A stretch of DNA of 64,000 bases from an uncultured bacterium (GTDB lineage Bacteria; Actinomycetota; Actinomycetes; S36-B12). Within the stretch, counting starts at the first letter, position 1. The number at the start of each line of letters is the position of its first letter. The notes beneath the pieces were generated by a model, which had not been told where the DNA came from, ran no database searches, and saw only the letters and a program-made list of their open reading frames with translations. Positions 42,471 to 52,739 of this stretch are shown one piece after another. The position numbers and the translations under genes were made by a program. The DNA lies in NCBI GenBank assembly GCA_963736365.1, contig CAVTOM010000007.1:450820-514819 (forward strand), in the 5' to 3' direction.

Positions 42471-43046
42471 TCAGCGGTTGGCGCCGGGCTGCCACAGCAC
42501 GTCGCCGCCGGCATCCTTGTTGGCCAGGCGGCCGAGGATGAACAGCAGGTCGCTGAGCCGGTTCAGGTACGTGGCCGTCAGCGGGTTCATGCCGCCGTGG
42601 TACGTATCGAGCGCCGCCCACGTGGAGCGCTCCGCTCGTCGGACGACGGTGCGGGCGACGTGCAGCAGGGACGACGCCAGCGTGCCGCCGGGCAGGACGA
42701 ACGAGCGCAGCGGCTCCAGCCGGGCGTTGAACTCGTCGCACGCGTGCTCGAGTCGATCGACGTATGCCTGCGTCACGCGCAGCGGGGGGTGCGCCGGGTT
42801 CTCGACCACCGGGGTGCACAGGTCGGCCCCCACGTCGAACAGGTCGTTCTGGATGGCCACGAGCAGCGTCCGCACGTCCTCGGGGAGCTCGACGCTGGCC
42901 AGCGCCACCCCGATCGAGCAGTTCGCCTCGTCGACATCGGCGTAGGCCTTCAGCCGGGGATCGTTCTTGCCGGTGCGGCTCATGTCGCCCAGCGAGGTGG
43001 TGCCGTCGTCGCCGGTACGGGTGTAGATGCGGGTGAGGTTGACCAT
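42471..43046 (-). CDS. ATP:cob(I)alamin adenosyltransferase, PduO type
   Basis: [31 protein letters not shown], followed by a helical bundle. Its position matches Rv1314c. Confidence 0.85.
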   Translation of the reverse strand: MVNLTRIYTRTGDDGTTSLGDMSRTGKNDPRLKAYADVDEANCSIGVALASVELPEDVRTLLVAIQNDLFDVGADLCTPVVENPAHPPLRVTQAYVDRLEHACDEFNARLEPLRSFVLPGGTLASSLLHVARTVVRRAERSTWAALDTYHGGMNPLTATYLNRLSDLLFILGRLANKDAGGDVLWQPGANR

Positions 43047-43085
43047 GCCCCGACCCTACGACACCGGCCGCCGTACGATGCCGAC

Positions 43086-44357
43086 GTGGAGGTGCTGAGG
43101 GTCACGGGGGGTCGCCGGCTGGCGGGCGAGGTGTCGCTGACGGGGGCGAAGAACTCGGTCCTGAAGCTGATGGCCGCCGCGCTCCTCGCACCCGGCACCA
43201 GCACGATCACGAACGTCCCGGACATCCTCGACGTCGAGATCATGGCCGAGCTGCTGCGGCGCCTGGGCTGCGTCGTGGTGCACGACCTCGCGGGCGGCAC
43301 GGTGAGCATCGACGTGCCGCAGGAGCCGGACCACCGCGCCGACTACGACCTCGTCCGCCGCATGCGCGCATCGATCTGCGTGCTGGGACCGCTGGTGGCG
43401 CGAGTCGGTGCCGCCGACGTCGCCCTTCCCGGCGGCGACAACATCGGGTCCCGCGGCCTGGACATGCACGTGGACGGACTGCGCCGCATGGGCGCCCACG
43501 TCACGAGCGAGCACGGCTACCTCGTCGCGCAGGCCCACGACGGCCTGACCGGCGCGCGGACGTGGCTCGACTTCCCGAGCGTCGGGGCCACGGAGACGAT
43601 CCTCATGGCCGCGGTGCTCGCCCGCGGGGAGACGGTCATCGACAATGCCGCCCGCGAGCCGGAGATCGTCGACATCTGCTCGATGCTGACGGCCATGGGG
43701 GCGCGCATCGACGGCATCGGCTCGTCCACGCTCACCATCGAAGGCGTCGACCGGCTCGCGCCGGTGACTCACGCCACCGTGCCCGACCGCATCGTCGCCG
43801 GTACCTGGGCGGTGGCCGCCACGATGACCCGAGGCGACGTCACGATCCGGCAGGCGAACGCAGACCACCTGAGCATCGCGCTGGAGAAGCTCGTGACCTG
43901 CGGCGCGAGCGTGTCGACCCTCCCGGACGGCTTCCGGGTGACCATGGAGACGCGGCCGCGCGCCGTCGACATCGTGACGCTCCCGTACCCGGGCTTCCCC
44001 ACCGATCTCCAGCCGCAGTTCATCGCGCTGAACTCGGTGTCCGAGGGTGCCGCGCTCGTCACCGAGAACCTGTTCGAGGCGCGCTTCCGCTTCGTGCAGG
44101 AACTGGCCCGTCTCGGCGCCGACGTGCGGACCGACGGTCACCACGCCCTCGTGCGCGGACGCTCCTGCCTGTCCGCGGCGCCGGTGGAGGCGACGGACAT
44201 CCGCGCGGGGGCGGGCCTCGTGCTCGCCGGGCTCGTCGCGGAGGGGCAGACCACCGTCTACGGGGTCGGGCACATCGACCGCGGCTATGCGGGCTTCGTG
44301 CCCGCGCTGCAGTCGCTCGGGGCGCAGATCACCCGGGCCGAGGTCACCGACCGCTAG
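43086..44357 (+). CDS. murA: UDP-N-acetylglucosamine 1-carboxyvinyltransferase
   Basis: [20 protein letters not shown], the position-115 loop (Asp in place of Cys, as in other actinobacteria) [13 protein letters not shown], and FPTDLQPQF. The frame is intact. The start is GTG 43086. Confidence 0.9.
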   Translation: MEVLRVTGGRRLAGEVSLTGAKNSVLKLMAAALLAPGTSTITNVPDILDVEIMAELLRRLGCVVVHDLAGGTVSIDVPQEPDHRADYDLVRRMRASICVLGPLVARVGAADVALPGGDNIGSRGLDMHVDGLRRMGAHVTSEHGYLVAQAHDGLTGARTWLDFPSVGATETILMAAVLARGETVIDNAAREPEIVDICSMLTAMGARIDGIGSSTLTIEGVDRLAPVTHATVPDRIVAGTWAVAATMTRGDVTIRQANADHLSIALEKLVTCGASVSTLPDGFRVTMETRPRAVDIVTLPYPGFPTDLQPQFIALNSVSEGAALVTENLFEARFRFVQELARLGADVRTDGHHALVRGRSCLSAAPVEATDIRAGAGLVLAGLVAEGQTTVYGVGHIDRGYAGFVPALQSLGAQITRAEVTDR

Positions 44358-44671
44358 CGAGCACCTCGCGGGCTCGCGCGGCGTCCTGCGGCCACACCAT
44401 GACCCGGGGACCGTCGAGCGTCGTCGCCAGCGTGGCGCGCACGCCGGAGTCCTCCAAACGTCGGCGCACCACCTCGCCCTCGATGTAGGTGGTGGGAGAG
44501 GCGATGGGGACCAGCAGTCCGTACTCGTCGGACGGGCCCGGGGCGCGGTGCCGCGGCCACGACTGAGGACCCGCGGCTGAACGCCCAGCGCAGGATCACG
44601 GCGAAGAGCCCCACCAGCACGACCGCCACGAGGGGGCCGAAGGCGAAGGAGAAGGAGTTCCAGGCGGGCAC
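44344..44671 (-). CDS. small N-terminally anchored protein of unknown function, +1 frame break near 44535
   Basis: [29 protein letters not shown].., then after the shift [59 protein letters not shown]. Its 3' end overlaps the murA 3' end by 14 nt. Confidence 0.45.
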
Positions 44672-44722
44672 GGCTCCATCGTGCTGCAGCCGGGCGGAGT
44701 CCGCTACCCCTGGGATGCGGCC

Positions 44723-45544
44723 CTAGTTGGAGCCGCGCGGCGTCCAGCGGAAGAAGACGATGGCCAGCACCAGGCCGATGACGCACCACAGGGCGAGCAT
44801 GAATGCGCACATGCCCAGCTCCCAGCTGCCCGAGACCTCGAGGGCGGCGGCCGACTCGGGGAGGAAGACGCTGCGCATCGCCTGCGCGAGCCACTTCAGC
44901 GGGAAGATCGAGGCGAATACCTGCATCCACTGCGGCAGCTGCGTGAACACGAAGAACACCCCGGACGTGAACTGCAGCACCAGCACGATCGGGGACACGA
45001 CCGCCGATGCTCCGCGCCCCGTCTTCGGGACGACGCTGAACGCGATGCCGAGCAAGGTGCAGCCGATCAGCCCCAGCACGCTGGCCCACAGGAAGGTGAA
45101 CCACTGCAGGCTCGTGCTCGGCAGCTTGATCCCGTAGAAGAGCATGCCGACGGTGATGAGGATCGTCACCTGGGCGACGTACGCGACGAAGACGGTGCCG
45201 ATCTTGCCGACGAAGTACGAGGCCTTGGGCATCGGCGTGCCCTGCAGCCGCTTCAGGGTCCCGTCCTCGCGCTCGAGGGGGATGGCGATCGCGAGGTTCT
45301 GGAACGACGTGTACAGCACGCCGGACGCGATCATGCCGGCGACGAAGTAGCGCGCGAAGGTGATGTCGGGGGCGATGCTCTGGCCGCCGAACACCGATCC
45401 GAAGATCACCAGCAGGATCACGGGGAAGGCGAAGTTCCACAGGGCCGAGTTGCGGTCGCGGAAGAACTGCTTGAGCTCCACGGAGATGCGGCGCCGGCCG
45501 ATGGACCAGGTGGTCGGCAGGGCGGTGGATGCTGGCGCGCTCAC
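44723..45544 (-). CDS. ABC-2 type transporter permease
   Basis: Six TM segments. ..FFRDRNSALWNFAFPVILLVIFG.. GTG 45544 overlaps the ATPase stop (GTGA). Confidence 0.8.
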   Translation of the reverse strand: MSAPASTALPTTWSIGRRRISVELKQFFRDRNSALWNFAFPVILLVIFGSVFGGQSIAPDITFARYFVAGMIASGVLYTSFQNLAIAIPLEREDGTLKRLQGTPMPKASYFVGKIGTVFVAYVAQVTILITVGMLFYGIKLPSTSLQWFTFLWASVLGLIGCTLLGIAFSVVPKTGRGASAVVSPIVLVLQFTSGVFFVFTQLPQWMQVFASIFPLKWLAQAMRSVFLPESAAALEVSGSWELGMCAFMLALWCVIGLVLAIVFFRWTPRGSN

Positions 45545-46410
45545 AGGCTGTCGCCTCCCTCGACGTACCGATCGGCCCCCAGCATGGCGAGGTACACGTC
45601 CTCGAGGCTCTCGCGGTGCACGGTCAGGCCGGGGACCTCGCCGCCGAACCGCGCGGACAGCTCCACGACGGTGCGGGTCGGGTCCATCGTCTGCGCCTCG
45701 ACCCTGGCCCCGTCCTCGAGCCATCCCACGCGCGCGGTGCCGCGCTCGCGCCCGCCGAGCCGCTCGGGGGCGTCGCAGGCCAGCACCCGGCCGGAGGAGA
45801 TCACGGCGACCCGGTCGGCGAGCTGCTCGGCCTCCTCCAGGTAGTGCGTCGTGAGCAGGATCGTGGTGCCCTCGGCCTTGAGTCCCTCGATGAGCCCCCA
45901 GAAGTCGCGGCGCGCCTCGGGGTCGAACCCGGTCGTCGGCTCGTCCAGGAAGAGCACGCGGGGCCGGCCGATGATCCCGAGCGCGACGTCGAGTCGACGG
46001 CGCTGGCCGCCGGACAGCTTCTCGTTGCGCGACGTGCGCTTCTCCGCCAGCCCGACCGCGTCGATCACCTCGTCCGGGTCGCGGGGCTGCGGGTAGTAGC
46101 CGGCGAAGTGGTGCACCGCCTCGGAGACCGTGAGGTCGCCGAGGTCGCGGTCGGACTGCAGGACGATGCCCAGTTGCGTGCGCCAGTGCCGGTCGCCGTG
46201 CTGCGGGTCCTGGCCCAGGACGCGGGCCTCGCCGGAGTCGCGCGATCGGTAGCCCTCGAGGATCTCCGTCACGGTGGTCTTGCCGGCCCCGTTCGGGCCC
46301 AGGAGGGCGAAGCACTCGCCCTCGGCGATCTCGAAGCTGGCGCCGTCGAGGGCCCAGAGGTCCCCGTATCGCTTGCGCACGTCGTCGACGATGACGGCGG
46401 GCTCGGTCAC
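45541..46410 (-). CDS. ABC transporter ATP-binding protein (DrrA-like exporter ATPase)
   Basis: Walker A GPNGAGKTT, signature LSGGQRRRL, Walker B VLFLDEPTTGFD. Confidence 0.9.
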   Translation of the reverse strand: MTEPAVIVDDVRKRYGDLWALDGASFEIAEGECFALLGPNGAGKTTVTEILEGYRSRDSGEARVLGQDPQHGDRHWRTQLGIVLQSDRDLGDLTVSEAVHHFAGYYPQPRDPDEVIDAVGLAEKRTSRNEKLSGGQRRRLDVALGIIGRPRVLFLDEPTTGFDPEARRDFWGLIEGLKAEGTTILLTTHYLEEAEQLADRVAVISSGRVLACDAPERLGGRERGTARVGWLEDGARVEAQTMDPTRTVVELSARFGGEVPGLTVHRESLEDVYLAMLGADRYVEGGDSL

Positions 46411-46463
46411 GCGACGATCATGGCACGCCGCCGACGGGCATGGCGGGTGGATAGTCTGCGCGG

Positions 46464-47144
46464 GTGCGGATCCTGGTGGCGCGGTGCAGTGTCGACTACG
46501 TCGGCCGCCTCACGGCGCATCTGCCCGAGGCCCGGCGCCTGATCATGGTGAAGGCCGACGGCTCCGTGCTCATCCACTCCGACGGCGGCTCGTACAAGCC
46601 CCTCAACTGGATGAGCCCGCCCTGCGTGACGCGCGTGAGCGCCTCGGACGAGCCGGACGTCGTCGAGGTGTGGACGGTCGAGAACAAGGGCGGGGAGCAG
46701 CTGGTCATCAGCGTCCACGAGGTCCTCCACACGACCGACCACGATCTCGGCGTGGACCCGGGCCTGGTGAAGGACGGGGTCGAGGCCCACCTGCAGAAGC
46801 TGCTCGCCACGCACGTCACCGTGCTCGGCGAGGGCTGGTCCCTCGTGCGGCGCGAGTACCCGACGGCGATCGGGCCGGTGGACCTGCTGTGCCGCGACGA
46901 GGCGGGCGCGTCGGTGGCGGTGGAGATCAAGCGGCGCGGCGAGATCGACGGGGTGGAGCAGCTGACCCGGTACCTCGAGCTGCTGAACCGCGATCCGCTG
47001 CTCGCTCCCGTGGCGGGCGTCTTCGCGGCCCAGGAGATCAAGCCCCAGGCCCGCGTGCTGGCCGAGGACCGGGGCATCCGCTGCGTCGTCCTCGACTACG
47101 ACGCCCTCAAGGGCAGCGACGACCCGGGACTGCGGCTGTTCTAG
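46464..47144 (+). CDS. nucS: endonuclease NucS (EndoMS), mismatch-specific nuclease of the non-canonical actinobacterial mismatch repair pathway
   Basis: [37 protein letters not shown], with the RecB-like C-terminal domain [20 protein letters not shown]. The frame is intact. Confidence 0.9.
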   Translation: MRILVARCSVDYVGRLTAHLPEARRLIMVKADGSVLIHSDGGSYKPLNWMSPPCVTRVSASDEPDVVEVWTVENKGGEQLVISVHEVLHTTDHDLGVDPGLVKDGVEAHLQKLLATHVTVLGEGWSLVRREYPTAIGPVDLLCRDEAGASVAVEIKRRGEIDGVEQLTRYLELLNRDPLLAPVAGVFAAQEIKPQARVLAEDRGIRCVVLDYDALKGSDDPGLRLF

Positions 47145-49035
47145 GGTGCCGGGACGCCTGGCGTCCCGCGACTCCTCCTGCCGGAAGTCGTAGTACTGCA
47201 GGGTCAGGCCGATCGCCGAGAACGGCAGCAGGATCGCGCCCGCGACGATCGCGACCACGTTCGACACCCAGAACGGCCACCCGGTGACGAGCAGCAGCAG
47301 GCCGCCCAGGGCGCCCGGGACGCTGAAGCCGATCCACACGAGCAGGGCGCTCAGGAGCACGGCGCGCCAGCGCCGGCCCTTCGTCAGTGCGGTGCTGCGG
47401 CGGAAGGCGGCGATCACGCCCCGGTCCTCGATCACGGCCGCCGGCATCGCCACGGCCCAGAAGGCGATGAGGACGAGGGCGATCGGCAGGGCGAACAGCG
47501 AGGATGCGAGCAGCGTGACGACGAAGAACAGGACCAGCTGGACGATCGCCCCCGACGGGTGGCGCACCGCGAGGCCGATGGCGCGCCAGGCGTGCGGACG
47601 GCGACTCGCGGGCGAGGTCCTCGACGACGCGGCAGGTGGCAGCGAGCGCGACGGAGACGACCGGCGCCAGCGCGAAGGCCGCCAGCAGGGCGAGCAGGAT
47701 GGCCCACCCGCTGTCGCCGAGGCCGTTGACGTCGGTGAGGTCGCCGGTCGGGCGCCGGTGCAGGGCGAGCCGCTGGAGCGCCAGCGCCCCGGCCGTCGCC
47801 AGGCCCACGGTGAGCATGATCGGGGCCAGCGCCCGCGCGCTGCGGAAGAGGATGCCGAACGAGGCCGAGACCACCTGGCCGGCCCGCCGCTCGCGATCGG
47901 GCTGGCGGTCGCCCCCGTGCCGCCAGCGGGTGGCGCGCACCAGCAGGACCAGGGCCACGACCGCCGCCAGGACCAGTGCCGCGACGAGCAGCGGCTGGTC
48001 GAGGGCGGCGATGAACAGCAGCGAGCCGGCGCGCGTGAGCTCGCAGAAGGAGTCCACCGCTGGACCCCCGACGACGGGCAGGGCCACCGCGCCGTCGCGC
48101 CCCTCCTCGACCTGCCAGGTGACCGGGGCCGCCCACTGCGTCTTGGTGTTGGGCCCGGTGGGGCCGTTGTTGAAGGAGGGGGCCTGCTGCCCCCACCGGC
48201 CGGTGAAGTCGAGCCACTCGAACCCGGGCGTGGTGGCCGCCGGCAGGACGACGACCTCCGGCCGCACCTCGATGCCCTCGGCCGTGGTGTCATCGCACCC
48301 GAAGCCGGCCGCCGCGGACTTCCCGAACCACTGCGACTGCGTGTAGTACGCGGCGTGCGAGCCCTGGCCCGGGTATACGACGATGCGGTCGCCCACCCGG
48401 AGGAGCTTGTCGTCGGTCCACGCCGCCGTCTCCGATCCCTCGTGCTGCGCGAAGGCGGCGCTGGCCGGTGCTCCGGCCAGCGCCGCCTCGACGGTGTCCG
48501 CCTCGAACAGCAGCTGCACCATCTCCCAGTCGCCCTCGTGCCGGTCGTTCCAGTCGTTGAAGACCCAGAAGAACCAGTACTGCAGCGCGAGCATCCCGGG
48601 GTGCGCCGGGTCGGTGGCCACGCGGGCGTAGACGGTCGGGACATGCTGCGTGCTGGTGCTGCGGAACCACGTCTCGTAGTCGCAGCCCGGTGACAGGGGA
48701 TTGCCCGGGAGATCGACGTACCACCCGTCGCCCTTGCCTGCGAGATCAGCCGACGTGGGAGAGGCGATCGCCTGCCCGTCCGGTCCGCGCAGGACGACAT
48801 CCGGGTGTCCGAGCACCGCCTCGACGGGGGACGGCAGGTACGGCTCGCCCTCCCCGCAGGGCTCCGGCTGGTCGCGCACCACGACGATCGGGGCGTAGCG
48901 CTCGGCCAGCTCGGACACGGGGTCGGCGGCGTGCGCGAGCGGGGCCAGCGCCGCGGGTGTCACGACGGCCAGAGCGAGGATCAGGGCCGCGAGAAGGGAC
49001 GGGCGTCGTGCCTGCGCGCCCCTGCTCCATGCCAC
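47142..49035 (-). CDS. fusion protein: signal peptide, Vps62/DUF946-like extracytoplasmic domain and C-terminal polytopic membrane domain; frame break near 47605 and unresolved 3' end
   Basis: GTG 49035 gives VAWSRGAQARRPSLLAALILALAVVTPAALAPLAHA. Motif: LALQYWFFWVFNDWNDRHEGDWEMVQLLF. At least 6 hydrophobic helices follow, split between ORFs 47107..50523 and 46407..48800. No in-frame stop precedes the nucS terminator hairpin unless one more shift is assumed (TAG at 47142-47144). Confidence 0.5.
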
Positions 49036-49143
49036 CTGCGCATTGTGCCGTCGGCGTGCCGGTCGTGGCCGCCGATCGCCGAATGCCGGGGGATAGGCTC
49101 GATGGACACGAGGCGCCCCACGCGGGCCGGAGGAAGGACGACG

Positions 49144-50909
49144 ATGAGCATCGCGACGGTCGGCATCATCGGGTTGGGCACCATGGGTGCCGGGATCGCC
49201 GAGGTGATCGCCCGCAACGGCTATGCCGTCGTCGCCATCGAGAGCAGCACGGCGGCTCTCGAGCTCGGTCGCGGCCGCCTGGAGAAGTCGACGGCGCGCG
49301 CGGTGGCGCGCGGCAAGCTCTCCGAGGACGACCGCACCGCACTGCTGGGTCGCGTGTCGTTCACCACGGACCTGCCCGCTCTGGCCCCGTGCGACCTCGT
49401 GATCGAGGCGGTCAGCGAGAACCTCGAGCTCAAGAAGGACCTGTTCTCGCGGGTCGACGAGGTCGTGGGGCCGCACGCGATCCTGGCCAGCAACACGTCG
49501 TCGCTGTCGGTGACGGACATCGCGGTCGCCACGCGCCGACCGGCCAACGTCGTCGGCATCCACTTCTTCAATCCGGCACCCGTGCAGGCCTTCGTGGAGG
49601 TCGTCCGCACCGTCGTGACGTCGCAGGACGTCGTCGACGAGGCCGTCGCCTTCGCGAGGTCCCTGGGCAAGGAGCCGGTGGTCATCGGCGACCGCGCCGG
49701 CTTCATCGCCAACGCGCTGCTGTTCGGCTACCTGAACCATGCGGTGTCGATGTTCGAGTCGCGCTATGCCAGCCGCGAGGACATCGACGCCGCCATGCGG
49801 CTGGGCTGCGGCTACCCCATGGGGCCGCTGATGCTGCTCGACCTCATCGGGCTCGACACCGCCTACGAGATCCTCGACACGATGTACAAGCAGGGCCGCG
49901 ACCGCCTCCACGCGCCGGCGCCGATCCTCAAGCAGCTCGTCACGGCCGGCCTGCGGGGCCGCAAGTCCGGGCGCGGCTTCTACCAGTACGAGGGGCCCGG
50001 CTCGCCGGTCGTCACCGATGCGCGCGAGGGCAGCAGCGCCGACGCAGGCCAGACGCGCGACATCGCCGTCGTGGGAGTCGTCGGGTCCGGCACGATGGCC
50101 AGCGGCATCGCCGAGGTGTTCGCCAAGGGCGGGCTGGACGTCGTCCTCGTCGCCCGCAGCGCCGACAAGGCGGCGACGGCCACCGGTCGCATCGCGGCAT
50201 CGCTGGCCAAGGCCGTCGACAGGGGCAAGCTCGAGCCGGACGCCCGTGACGCGGCGCTGGCGCGCGTCCGGGGCACGGCCGACCTGTCCGAGCTGGCCGA
50301 CCGCCGACCTCGTGGTCGAGGCGGTCGTCGAGGACATCGCAGTCAAGACCGAGCTGTTCGTCGCCCTGGACCGCATCTGCCGACCGGGCGCGATCCTCGC
50401 GACCACGACGTCGAGCCTGCCGGTCATCGAGATGGCCATCGTGACCTCGCGCCCGGAGGACGTGGTCGGGCTCCACTTCTTCAACCCGGCGCCTCTGATG
50501 AGGCTCGTAGAGGTGGTGCGCACCGTCGCGACCAGCCGCCGACGTGGTCGACACGGCCGTCGCCGTCTGCACGGCCATCGGCAAGCACCCCGTCACCTGC
50601 GGCGATCGCGCCGGCTTCATCGTCAACGCGCTGCTGTTCCCCTACCTCAACGACGCGATCAAGATGCTCGAGGCCAACTACGCGTCGGCCGACGACATCG
50701 ACCTCGCGATGAAGAAGGGCTGCGGCTACCCGATGGGGCCGTTCGAGCTGCTCGACGTGGTCGGGCTCGACGTCTCGCTGGCCATCCAGCAGACCCTCTA
50801 CCGGGAGTTCCGCGAGCCGGGCTTCGCGCCCGCCCCGCGCCTCGAGCACCTGGTCACGGCGGGGTACCTCGGACGCAAGACCGGCCGCGGTTTCCGGGCC
50901 TACGCCTGA
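49144..50909 (+). CDS. 3-hydroxyacyl-CoA dehydrogenase with two tandem HCDH modules, two +1 frame breaks (about 50301, about 50536)
   Basis: Module 1: IIGLGTMGAGIA..SNTSSLSV..HFFNPAP..GDRAGFIANAL. Module 2: VVGSGTMASGIA / TTTSSLPV..HFFNPAP / GDRAGFIVNAL..GRKTGRGF. Confidence 0.85.
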
Positions 50910-51199
50910 TGGGTCGCAAGCACCGTCGACGTGACGACGGCGCGCGTGAGCTCGGACCGGCGTACGCGAGCCGCACGACCGAGTCCCATCCCGACGGCGA
51001 CTGGGTGGTCCAGCGGGTCACCGGCGCCGCCGCCACCAAGGCCTACCGTTGCCCGGGCTGCGACCAGGAGATCCGGCCGGCGACGCCGCACACGGTGGCC
51101 TACCCCGCCGACGACCCGGCGGGGCTCGAGCGCCGCCGGCACTGGCACACCCCCTGCTGGGCCGCCCGCGACCGCCGCGGCCCGCGGACGGGACGCTGA
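50909..51199 (+). CDS. small (96 aa) conserved zinc-ribbon-like protein
   Basis: The ATG overlaps the HCDH stop (TGATG). YRCPGCDQEI...RRHWHTPCW suggests a CxxC...HxxC site. The function is unknown. Confidence 0.5.
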   Translation: MGRKHRRRDDGARELGPAYASRTTESHPDGDWVVQRVTGAAATKAYRCPGCDQEIRPATPHTVAYPADDPAGLERRRHWHTPCWAARDRRGPRTGR

Positions 51200-51201
51200 C
51201 C

Positions 51202-51945
51202 GTGACCGACTCCGTCGTCGCGAACTCGGTGCTGCCCGCGCGCCGGGAGCCCCTGCACCTGCGCACCGCGGACGGCCTGACGCTGGTGGGGGAGCTCGCG
51301 CTGCCGGTCGAGGCCGCCGCCGGTGGGCACGATCGTGACGGTGCACCCGCTGCCGACGCACGGCGGCATGATGGACAGCCACGTGCTGCGCAAGATGGCC
51401 TGGCGTCTCCCGGCGCTCGCCGACCTTGCCGTGCTCCGCTTCAACACCCGCGGCACCACCAGCGCGGCCGGCACCAGCGAGGGGTCCTTCGACGAGGCGC
51501 GCGGGGAGGGCATCGACCTCCTGGCGGCCATCGACGAGGTGCGTCGCCGGGGGCTGCCCGACCCGTGGCTGGTGGGCTGGTCGTTCGGCACCGACGTGAT
51601 CCTCAAGCACGGCGACGTGGACCCGGTGCGCGGGCGCGATCCTGCTGTCGCCGCCGCTGCGCTTCACCACCGACGACGAGCTCCGGTCCTGGGCGCCCGG
51701 CGCGCGTCCCGTGATCTGCCTCGTGCCGGAGCTCGACGACTACCTGGTGCCGGATGCCGCACGGACCCGGTTCGGCGTCCTGCCGCAGTCGCAGGTGCGC
51801 GCGGTGGACGGTGCCACGGCACCTGTGGGTGGGGGAGAAGTACGTCAAGATCGTCCTCGACGAGGTCGTCGGCATCGTCGCGCCGGGCCGCTCGCCGCTG
51901 CCGACGCAGTGGAGCGGCCCCATGGATCGGTGGAGCGACATATGA
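51202..51945 (+). CDS. alpha/beta-hydrolase, three +1 frame breaks (about 51321, 51634, 51815)
   Basis: Pieced together: LHLRTADGLTLVGELALP / VGTIVTVHPLPTHGGMMDSHV..LRFNTRG..GWSFGT / AILLSPPL..ICLVPELDDYL / HLWVGEKYVKIVLDEV. Confidence 0.6.
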
Positions 51946-52739
51946 GCATGCACGTGCGCGACACCGGCGACGGTCCGGTCGTCGTCCTCCTGCACGCCTT
52001 CCCCTGCGACGGCCGCCTGTGGCGCCCGCAGGCGGACGACCTCGCCGGCGCGGGCTGGCGCGTGCTCGTGCCGGACCTGCCGGGCTTCGGGGAGTCGGCC
52101 CTCCTGGACGGCGAACCGTCGCTCGACCTGGTCGCCGACGAGGTGCTCGCGATGCTCGACGATCGCGGGGTCGACCGGTGCGTGCTCGCGGGGGTGTCCC
52201 TGGGCGGGTACGTCGCCATGGCGGTGCTGCGTCGGCGTCCGGACGTGGCCGCCGGTCTCGTGCTGTGCGACACCAAGGCCACCGCCGACGCCGACCCGGC
52301 CCGGGAGAACCGCGAGCGACTGGCGCGACTGGTGCTGGAGTCGCCGGACGACTGCGCGCGGATCCTCGAGCAGGCGGTCCTCCCCGGACTGCTGGGCGAC
52401 ACCACGCGGGCGCAGCGGCCGGAGGTCGTCGAGACCGTGCGGTCGTGGATCGCGGCCGCAGAGGCCGACACCGTGGCCTGGTACCAGCGAGCGATGGCCG
52501 TTCGACCAGACTCGGTGGACGTGCTCGGGTCGGTCGATGCGCCCACCCTGGTGGTCTGGGGCGAGGAGGACGCGCTGGCCTCCCGCGCCGAGCAGGAGAT
52601 CATGCGTGCGGCATCGTCGGATGCCGACCTCGTCGTGGTGCCGCAGGCCGGTCACCTCGCCAACGTGGAGCGACCCGAGGTGGTCACGGCGGCGATGCGG
52701 CGGTTCCTCGACGTCGTCAGAGGCCCGCGGACCTCTTGA
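51942..52739 (+). CDS. alpha/beta-hydrolase
   Basis: VVLLHAFPCDGRLW, the nucleophile GVSLGGYVA, and C-terminal VPQAGHLANVERPE. The ATG overlaps the preceding stop (ATGA). The frame is intact. Confidence 0.8.
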   Translation: MSMHVRDTGDGPVVVLLHAFPCDGRLWRPQADDLAGAGWRVLVPDLPGFGESALLDGEPSLDLVADEVLAMLDDRGVDRCVLAGVSLGGYVAMAVLRRRPDVAAGLVLCDTKATADADPARENRERLARLVLESPDDCARILEQAVLPGLLGDTTRAQRPEVVETVRSWIAAAEADTVAWYQRAMAVRPDSVDVLGSVDAPTLVVWGEEDALASRAEQEIMRAASSDADLVVVPQAGHLANVERPEVVTAAMRRFLDVVRGPRTS

